Positions 54,665 through 64,000 of a DNA stretch of 64,000 nucleotides are shown here, in pieces (position 1 is the first letter of the stretch; each line of letters begins with the position of its first letter). Both the position numbers and the translations under genes were made by a program. Below the pieces are notes generated by a model. The model was not told where the DNA came from. It did no database searches and worked only from the letters and a program-made list of their open reading frames with translations. Origin of the DNA: Octopus vulgaris (lineage: Eukaryota); contig OX597814.1 in assembly GCA_951406725.2 (NCBI GenBank), positions 98,394,001 to 98,458,000 on the forward strand, read 5' to 3'.

Positions 54665-55720
54665 TCCTTATTGGCACGATGGTCTTTGCCATGTCCACTT
54701 TGATGCATTCGAGAAACGCATCTGGTATCTGTCATCCTGTTGGAAACAACTACGTTTGCGAAGAACTTTGTTAATAGCCAAATTTTCTTATGTTTTTGTA
54801 CTCAGAGTGTATTTACTCTCCTATCAATATTTCATCGGGATAGAACCCGTAAGCGTGAAGGGCTTCGAATTTCACTTTATTTGGAGAAGGGACGGTTACT
54901 CTTCACTAGAGATGGGCTCCGTTTCACAGGTGATGATATCTTAATTAGCAAAGTAGACAGGGTAATTAATTTTTTTCCCCTGCAACTTAAGATTTTTCCC
55001 GGAATCGCATTGTGTACTTATAACTCCACCCATATTACTTCACAAAGGTGATATCTGCTATGCTTCTAAATGGTTCACCTATTTTATGTAGCATCTTATA
55101 ATGCCGCTGAATTTCAATTTGTCTCTGAGCCTCGTATCATTGCAAAACATCAGGAAGACAGTGTTCTATATTTTGTCTTTCTGTGTATAAAATATTCATA
55201 TACGTGCCAGAGCTTCCTTTAACTGGTCCTTTTAAGAATTTGAAAAAAAGACTCTTCTCCTTTCATGACGATTCTCCTAAATGAATTCTTTGTGCAAGGT
55301 GATGGAGTATATCAACGCAATTTTGCCACTATTCCATTTAATCAAGGTATCCTTGGCCGGAATACTAGCCTGCGGTATACAGCTCGCTTGGATATTTAAA
55401 AACTTCCCAGGTTCCGCTCTCTATGAAACATGTAGCCCGGATCTTATCTATTCCATGTCTTAACTCTTTTTATTCTTATTCGCATACCCGACAACCCTGG
55501 TCATCAACCGTAAAATATTAAAAAAAAAACTTTTTTCGGTTCATCGTACTTCGATGCGAAAAAAATCGACAACCTTCCGTCTCAATAACCCAGTATTGTC
55601 CCTGAAAATTGTATTTTATATTTACTACGGATTGCTTGAAGGTAACTGTCTTTCTACACCTTTATCTTATTTATATATACATATATATACATACACACGC
55701 GCGCACGCATGTACACACAT

Positions 55721-55753
<33 letters not shown>

Positions 55754-56339
55754 AAGAATTTTATCTCGTGGAACAGTGCTGAGGAGGCAGGGCTCGAAGC
55801 CTACATAGTCATTTATAAAGTCACGGAATGAGACGAAATGAATTTGACAGACTAACGAATTAATTGATCGATTGATTAACTATTTGATTAGTGATAAAAC
55901 TGAAGTGAAACGTAATCATTGCGTTCTTATTGGTGCTACTGCCTTTCCAAAATATAACAGCTTCGAATTATTTTAGGAGTTAATAGTTGGTAATGATAAA
56001 ATTTATCTCAGTCAAATATGTGACAATTGAGTGTAAGAGTATCTCAATTGAAAGAATTCCTAAGACGTTCTTATTTACATTCCTGGCGTAAAGAAAAATA
56101 TCTCATTTAGGTTTTTACGCAATATAATATAAAGATGGTAACGGTGAGCAGAAAATAGAATACAAAAGTATTTGTTGACTGGATTTTAGGAAAGCGAACT
56201 TATTTTCTTTGCTCAGGCAAAACAACACTGACGGGGAGATGACACCGAGGTTTAAAGAATATACTTGAGATTTCACCTATATGGAAGAAATATTAATCAT
56301 TAATGATTTCCTGACATGTTAAGTGAACAACGTGTATCA

Positions 56340-58400
56340 ACTCATTAAGCATTCTTATTGAATTAGTGTCTTACGCTTATCTTTTCTAAAATTAACTTTT
56401 CTAAAGAAGCGAATTTCTAAACTACATTCATTGCTTTCTATCATTCACCTACGGCAGGAGTGGAGGCACATGGCCTAGTGGTTAGAACAGCGGGATCGCG
56501 GATTCGAATCTCAGACCGGGCGATGTGTGTGTTTATGAGCGAAACACCTAAGCTCCACGCGGCTTCGGCAGAAGGTAATGGCAAACTTCTACTGACTCTT
56601 TCGCCACAACTTTCTCTCACTCTTTCCTCCTGCATCTTGCAGGTCACCTGCGACGGACAGGTGTCCGATCCAGGTGGGGAACCTATACACCAAGGAAACC
56701 GGGAAACCGGCCCTTATGAGCCAGGCGTGGCTCGAGAAGGAACAACCAACGCCAGGGGATAAATATATTCTTAAGGTCAATTACTCGCGCACAATTTCTG
56801 GCCTCATCACTAATTCATTTCCCAACCAAACTAAATGCAGTTCTCTTTAGCAATGATGGTCCATTGCTAAGCTACATTTTGAGATAAAATAATAGAAATT
56901 TGGTTCATTAAAAAAAAGTTAGGTCAAAATATATTAGGTTAAAAATGTGAAAATAAGGCGAAAAATGGACTTTATATAAAAATATCTCAGTTATTCTAAA
57001 ATCAAATTATAGATTAATTGAGTTTAAAAGAACGTGCTCATTGAAAATAATCTTCTAGTGAAAACCTCGTCAAAACGTATTAGCTAGGAAACAAATAGTG
57101 TGGCTTCAAATGGCGAGAAAACCGGTAAAATTAAATTGAATCAAAATAACTCAGCTATTGTAAAGGAAAACTGTACAATAGTTGTATTCAAACGAAAGAA
57201 ATCTACGAGGGAAATGTTATGGTAAAATCCTCGTCAAAAAGTTTTAGCTACAAAAAAAGTGGCGTGGATTTAAGTGATGAATAAATAGCAATCTTTTTAA
57301 CAAATTACGATGTTAGTCATTTTAAAGTATTTAGCGTTATAAAAGACGCCATCTAATGTCATGGGTCTCTTTTTTTTTCTGTTTTCTTAAGGCATTTAAC
57401 CGATCTTCTTAGCTATTATCACTGCTCTTCTGTGTTTGAGATTTCCTTTATTTTTTTGTAATATACAAACTCACTCCGCCCTTCAAAGTTATTCTTAAGG
57501 TCAAATTTTAGTTACCAGATTTTCTGGGCTTCATCATTAATTCAGTTCTAAAAACAGATTGAAAGCAGTATTCTTATCATTCACCTACGGCAGTGATTAA
57601 ATATACTCTTAAGGTCAACTTTTACTAACTTACGCACACTTCTATACTTCATTATTAATTTAGTTCTCAACCAAATTGAATGTGATTCTTTCAGCAATGA
57701 TGGTTCATTCCTAAGCTACATTTTGAGATTAAAATGATAGAAATTTGGTTCGTTGAAAATAGTTAGGTCAAAAATGTTAAAATAAGGTGAAAATCTTAGT
57801 TATTTTAAAAGACAAGTATAGATTGAGTTTAAAAGAATTTACTCATTGAGAAGAATCTTCCAGTGAAAACCTCGTTGAATGTATTTGCTGGGAAAAATTG
57901 TGTGGCTTTAAGTAAGGAAAAAATGGTAAGTAGCCACCACAATTTATTTTGAATCAAAATAGTTCAGCTATTATGAAAGAAAACTATTCAACAGTTGTGT
58001 TCAAATAAAAAAAAAAGCTCTATGAGATGAATGTTATGGTGAAAATGTCAAAAAGTATTAGCTACAATTTGTCCTTTTAAGACATTTAGCAGTGTGAAAA
58101 GCGGTATCTGCTGTTTATGAGTCGCTTAGCTTAATCATACAGCGTGCTTAACTGGAGTTTGGGAGCTACGATCCTCAATGCCCTGTAGCGCCTTGCTGGT
58201 TACTTTTTCCCGTTTACTAAGTGTATTTAACCAATCATCAACGCTGTTTTGACAGGTATTCTGCGTTCGTGATTTACTTCAAATGGAAAAACTCTATGGG
58301 AAGAATCTTATGGTGAAAACATTGTCAAAAAATATTAACTACAAAGAATTTGTGTGGCTTAAAGTAACGAAAAATGGTGATAATTTTTAGAAATCAAAAT
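56340..58400. repeat. Old diverged tandem duplication (~0.85 kb unit) with internal subrepeats
   Basis: tatcattcacctacggcag at ~56439 and ~57576; cttaaggtcaa..ctaagctacattttgagat blocks recur. Confidence 0.75.
56461..56750 (+). mobile_element. SINE family D
   Basis: tggcctagtggttag head, aaacacctaagctccacg core, ggaaaccggcccttatgagcc tail. Confidence 0.85.
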
Positions 58401-58834
58401 AATTTTGTTTTTTTAAGAGAAAAGTAATATTATTTGAATTCCAATGAAAGATTTCATGGAGACAAATATTTTGGAGAAAGCTCCGCCTAAAAATGATAAG
58501 CATGAAAATGTTATGATTTTTGAGATTTCATATTTATTTTTAGACTTATTATACGTTAAATATGTACATTTGAAAAACATTAAAATAAAAAAATTCATTC
58601 ACAAAAAAATTAATAATTAATTAGAATGTAACATAATTTTATGATAAAAATTGTTCAAAATATATAGTTATTTGTAACAGATTTGCTGCTATTAATTCTG
58701 TTTTTTTAGGTGTAAACAAAATTTCTAAGTTGTATATAAAAATATTTCCAATAATAACCTTTTTTCAATTATTAGGATAATTTTATTAATCATAATAATA
58801 GAAGCGTCACTTGGTAAAAACAAAAGATGACTAG

Positions 58835-59717
58835 AATGAAAAATGCGGACACAGAACCAGAGAATATTTTTAAGTGTTGAACCTAGAAAAGTATAGAACT
58901 AACGATAATTAAGCTTGGAAAAGTACAGGACAAGAGGATAATCATTTTCAGAAATTGTTCATCGAATGGAGTGTGCACTGTTTTATTTTTATATTTTACT
59001 TTTTATAGCAAATTTTCTTATTTAAAAGTTTCTTTGTATTAAACCAAAATTTTTGTCTTATTTTTGGTATTATATTATCTTTTAAATTATATTTTCTTAA
59101 CAAAAACTCATTATCCAAAAATTCTTGATCACAGATATTGTGTGATAAATTTAAATTTATGTAGAATATATAATTGAAAAGGATAAAAAAAAATAGTAAA
59201 AAAATGTTTTAAGGAAACAAAAGAACGAATTTTTTTTAAAGTTTGCATTATCAGGTAACAAAGTATTTTCTGTTTACAGTTAGAAAACTATTTTAAAAAT
59301 TAAACTAATGAACAAATTGAATGCAAAATATAGAAACGGCCCTCTAGCTTATCCTAAAAGCTTGGGTGTTATAATAATCAATTTTGCTTAAATTGCTATT
59401 ATGTGATTGTTTAAATATATGAAATTGTTATATCAAATTTTTAATGTAAACCTGTAATTTGTAAACTTTCACTGAAACTGAAAATAAACAACTTTTTGAG
59501 TATTTAAATTTAAACTTTGAAGTAAGATTTAAAAATATAAAAGTGCATTTATTACTACTTTAGTTTCTAAATTCTAACTTTAGCAGCAATATCTTAAGTT
59601 TTTTTTTTGTTTGTTTGTTGTCCTGTACTTTTCCACGTTTAATTAATGAATGTTCTGTATTTTCCAGATTCAAGACTTAAGAATTTTCTAGGATTCTGCG
59701 TCCGCCTTGTTTATTCC
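58835..59717. mobile_element. MITE with ~100-bp imperfect TIRs (possibly MULE-like)
   Basis: gcggacacagaacc..tggaaaagtacaggacaa versus ttgtcctgtacttttcca..gattctgcgtccgc; AT-rich interior. Confidence 0.65.
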
Positions 59718-60024
59718 AATTGGTTTAATTTATCATCACATTATATACTCGAACCAACTGCATCTTTTGCGAAGTCATTTTTTTTATAAGCGCGAATAGT
59801 ATGTTAGATAATTAACGAAAAACAAAATGAGTGAACAAATAAATATATATTTAAAGATTATCATCACATTTATGCAATTAACAACTTACAGGAAATTTGG
59901 TCCTTCATACTAATGAACGAAATTATACATATCCGACTCAAAAATATAATTTAGAGAATAATGAAAATTTCCGGTCAACACTTGAATAAAGTAATTCAAA
60001 AGCACTTAACATAATTAGATATTG

Positions 60025-61130
60025 GATTCAAATTTTGGAATAATGCCAGCAATTTCGGGTGAGTGATAAGCCAATTACAACGACTCCCGTTGCCAGCATG
60101 TATTTGTTTTATTGACGCAGAATAGATGAAAGACAAAGTCGACCAGAGCGGAATTTGAACTCAGAACATGAAGATGGAAGCAATACCGCTAAGCATTTTG
60201 TCCCGTGTATTAACGATTCTGATAGCTAACCACCTTACAATACTTAATTTAATATTAAATATTGAATATTAGATTAAATATTAGATTAAAGTGGCGAGCT
60301 GGCAGAATCGCTAGCATGTCGGACAGATTAGCATCATTTTGTCCGTCTTCCCGTTTTGAGTTCAGATTGCGACGAGGCTGACTTTGCCTTTCGGGATCGA
60401 TAAAATAAGTACAAGTAAAGTGCTGGGTTTGATGTAATCGGTTCACTTCCCCCCTTGAAATTGCTAGGATTGTACCAAAATTTGAAACTAACATTAGATT
60501 AAGGCGGTGAACTGGCAGAATCGGTAGGATGCTGGGCGAAGTGCTTAGTGGCAGTTTGTTCGTCTTCAGGTTTTGAGTTCAAATTCCAACGAGGCCGACT
60601 TTGCATTTCATTCGGTTGGAGTCGATAAAATAAGTAACAGCTAAGCACTGGGGTCGATGCAATCGGCCCTCACTACTCCCCAGAAATTGCTGGCCTTGTG
60701 CTAAAATTTAAAATTAATTTTAGATATTATCACGCGGGGCAATATCTAAGCGGCGTTTCGTCCAGCGTTAGGTTCTGAGTTCAAATACTGCTGAGGTTGA
60801 CTGTATCTTTAATTTTTTCGACGTCAATAAAATAAGTGGCAGTCTAACTCCGAGGTGAACATTATCAAATAATCTCAACCCCAATCTTGCTAGCCTCTTG
60901 CAAAATTAAAATCATTATGAAGGCAGCAAGCTGGCAGAATTGTTACCGTGTTGGAAAAAAACGCTTAGCAGCTTTTCTCCCGGCTTCGCATTCTGAGTCC
61001 AATTGCACCGGGGTCGACTTTGCCAGTTTCGAGTCGATAAAATAAGTACCAGTTGATCACTGGATTTAATGAAATTGACTTGCTCCACTCTCTCAAAACA
61101 TCCGGCCTTGTGCCAAAATTTAAAACCAAT
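60025..61130. mobile_element. Cluster of five family B SINEs (one minus, four tandem plus)
   Basis: Plus heads at ~60290, 60502, 60735 (truncated) and 60921; minus copy 60025-60237. Confidence 0.85.
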
Positions 61131-61236
61131 ATTAAATATTTTATGTATTTGGGTTTAACATGTTAATTTAATAGGGTTGACATCATTAAGTTTACATTAT
61201 CAGCACCTTGGTATATACAGATGCAGATATACAGAC

Positions 61237-61320
<84 letters not shown>

Positions 61321-61721
61321 GATGGATAGATAGGGAGAGTGGGATTTTCGTTGATCCGTTCATGCGCGTTGCTAATTAGGTGATTAGGTTACTTTGCCGA
61401 ATGGAGATGGGCTGATTTTCGAGGATAGATGGTAGGTCAAAAACATCAAAGTCTTTTATTAAATTTCTTGTCATTGTGTGACTCAAATTTGTGCTCACTT
61501 GACATGTCACCAAACTGTAGAAAATACAATCTATGAAATTATTTTGGAAGTCTTTGAAATGTGAGTGTGCATGTATCTGTGAGCGTTTAAGGGTATGTTA
61601 GGGAGTGTGTGTATTGTGAGCTGGTTGTTTAAGTGAAATTTTCCAGTTATTTTAGTAACAGTAATGAGTAAATCATTAATAATAATAATCAATGATAATC
61701 TAGTTGGTTCATTTGAGAAAC

Positions 61722-61990
61722 TACCGTATCTTCCTGTCTATGAAACGCATCGGTATTTAAGCCGCAGGGTCGAGTTTTGGGGGAAATTTTGGTTTTATCC
61801 CCACATAAAGTACACAGGTGTTTAAAAGGCTCCGGTGCTTAAAAGACTTATAGAGCTACGGGTCCGCAGCTAACTTTTTTATTGTTGACGTGTATGCAGT
61901 TTCAAAATGCTTCCGAGAAAGAGTTACACAACTGCCTTGAAGTTAGAATTATCAACTAAGAAAAAAATGATAACAGAGCCACAGCAATAC
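61722..61990 (+). mobile_element. pogo/Tc2-like transposon 5' fragment
   Basis: ta|ccgtatctt..ctatgaaacgca..taagccgca terminus; MLPRKSYTTALKLE, Brinker/CENP-B-like N-terminus. Confidence 0.6.
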
Positions 61991-62027
61991 AGTACAACAT
62001 AAATGAATCCAATCAAGAATACAAATA

Positions 62028-62762
62028 GGGTTTGCGTTGTGCTACATGAATGTATCAAGGGCTGAATATAAAAAGTACAAGGAGAAGAAGTTAGACGAAA
62101 GCAGAGCAAACGGGAAACCAGATGAAAACTTAACGGACGGGAAATTAGACAAAAACACGATACACGGAATATTCGAGTCAATGACACAAAATATCAAAAA
62201 CGTGTCGCGCCAGTTCCCATTGATACTGCTCAATATTGCCGGCGCCAGTGCTTTTTATTATGCTACTGAGAAATGGCTATATGCAACGAAAAAATAACAA
62301 TTATGCATATACCACAGATACAATAGAAAGAGCTTTGCCGCTATCGAACTAGGTTAGTGGGGTTGCGCAAAAAAAGAACTGGAGTAAGTCGCAGAGAACA
62401 CAGCGGGAGCCGAAGTCAGCAATTCTTTGTTGTATTTATATAATGTCTTGTTTGTTTCTGTCTCAGTACTCATTCGCTAGCTTTTTCTCAGTAGTTTAAT
62501 AAAAAGCACAGACGTCAGAAAAATTGAGCAGTATCAATGGTAATTGGCTCGAAACTGCCATGATATTTTGCGTCTATATTTTGCCATAATATCTTGACTG
62601 AAGGAAGCCCAGCTGCAAATATTCTGTATATCGTGTCTTTGTCTAATTTCCCGTCCGTTAAGTTTTCTTCTAGTTTTCCGTTTGCTCTGCTTTCGTCCAA
62701 CTTCTCCGTGATGTATTGTTTCTGATCAACATTTGATACAAACATGTAGCACAACGCATACC
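62028..62762. repeat. Fold-back structure with ~255-285 bp imperfect arms and ~200-bp spacer
   Basis: tgcgttgtgctacatg..gaaaacttaacggacgggaaattagacaaa..ctactgagaaa is mirrored at 62478-62762. Confidence 0.85.
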
Positions 62763-62767
62763 TTGTT

Positions 62768-62808
<41 letters not shown>

Positions 62809-62812
<4 letters not shown>

Positions 62813-63247
62813 TGACGTATATTTGCCATTTCAATATGGCTACCCCTAAGGGTGGATGCTACTGTAGTTTTTAGCCCCAGGAGGACACACTCCTCCAGCT
62901 GGCCGTCTATGGCCAGCTGGAGGAGTGTGTCCTCCTGGGGCTAAAAACTACAGTAGCATCCACCCTTAGGGGTAGCCATATTGAAATGGCAAATATACGT
63001 CACGATGTGTTACCGCTACTGTATATAACTCACTTTGATATTTATCATTGTTTGATTTCACTTTTTCAATATCAGCGACAGTGGACGCTGGAAAAAGTAT
63101 AAGTATTTGTGAAGGAAATCTAATTCTCGGCGACAACTATGATTGTCACACGCTGACGAGAGGTCAATACCTCGAAACTCGAGTCCGTGTGTATCATAAG
63201 TTGAAGACGGGAAGGATGACTTCCCTTTGCAAATACTGACAGGACAC
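62809..63247 (+). mobile_element. Family 1 HHR element with a perfect 96-bp 5' inverted arm, in (TA)n
   Basis: 62809-62904 is the exact reverse complement of 62911-63006; forward unit 62905-63247; (TA)n on both sides. Confidence 0.9.
63147..63191 (+). ncRNA. Canonical type I hammerhead ribozyme
   Basis: cacacg-CTGACGA-gaggt-caat-acctc-GAAAC-tcga-GTC-cgtgtg; predicted cleavage after 63185; stem I extends caactatgat/atcataagttg. Confidence 0.92.
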
Positions 63248-63748
63248 ATATATATATATATCGGAATAGTATTCGTTTACTTAATGATTTCATGTATAAC
63301 AGTTACACTGTGACACAGCATTTTCAGTCATTCAAAACGCACAAAAGGTGTGAAATTTAACTTTCCTTTCTTTCTTGGTGTGTCAAAAGTTAAGTTTTTG
63401 TGTGCAACTTAGTCACAGTCCTGCAGTAAAGTCGTCGGCAGCTTTTATGTTTCTTAATGGCTAGACCTGTTCCATTATAATGTCACTGTTGTATATATAT
63501 ATACATATATATAATATTGTGTGTATAAAGAGAGAGAGAGAAAGGGAGAAGGATATGTATTTAGGTACACCTCGTAAAGCTGATTAAATTGACTATACTC
63601 ACCATTGCCCACTAAAATAACAATAGAAATGTAAAAAAAAAAAAACATACACACACAGGTGCTTAAAAAATGCATGCAAGAAAATATAAATATATGTGCA
63701 GCTGTATACATTTAAATTCTTTGCCCGATGACAAGGACAGAAACAGAA

Positions 63749-63842
<94 letters not shown>

Positions 63843-64000
63843 GGGTACGCAGAAATTCCGGGATGTTGTCCGGTGTACTGAAAGACCGTTGGGAGTGAGG
63901 CAACCCTCAGCTTCTGTCGAAGCACGTCTCTAGGAGAAGGTCACTCTGATATAAAAACAGATATGCAGGGAATGGTATTGGACATTTTGGGGATCTTCGG

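Noticed and set aside
54660-55500. Possible minus-strand Tx1 ORF1 remnant
   Set aside because: Only a faint zinc-knuckle-like echo across frameshifts
62118-62150. cagatga...gaaa hammerhead-like spacing in the fold-back arm
   Set aside because: Core mutated and stems I-III do not form
63838-64000. Possible mariner-like TIR start
   Set aside because: Cut by the window edge; partner TIR not visible

Overview
AT-rich, repeat-saturated eukaryotic DNA. The SINE, LINE and microsatellite content suggests an octopus (coleoid cephalopod) intronic or intergenic region; this assignment is inference. I see no intact host ORF, only one plausible 72-nt minus-strand exon at 359-430. Most ORF-track entries are microsatellite translations or decayed transposon frames. 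The window holds decayed Tc1/mariner elements (DD34D, DD34E, DD37D, pogo-like), a Chapaev3-type transposase, Tx1-like and R4/Dong LINEs, Penelope-like (PLE) remnants, non-autonomous Helitrons, MITEs and many tRNA-derived SINEs. The main signal is a set of small non-coding elements carrying type I hammerhead ribozymes (HHRs) with palindromic stem-III loops. Family 1 (~350 nt) occurs three times (18.8, 27.6, 62.8 kb) in different circular permutations, and one copy has a compensated U3-A8 core. Family 2 is a young 535-nt unit in an inverted-plus-tandem array with three intact HHRs (46.3-47.6 kb). Both look like retrozyme or PLE-parasite systems with a possible circular-RNA intermediate. A multimeric SINE carrying a Tx1-LINE-like 3' tail, inserted with a 19-bp TSD, is also notable. 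Boundaries of decayed elements are approximate.
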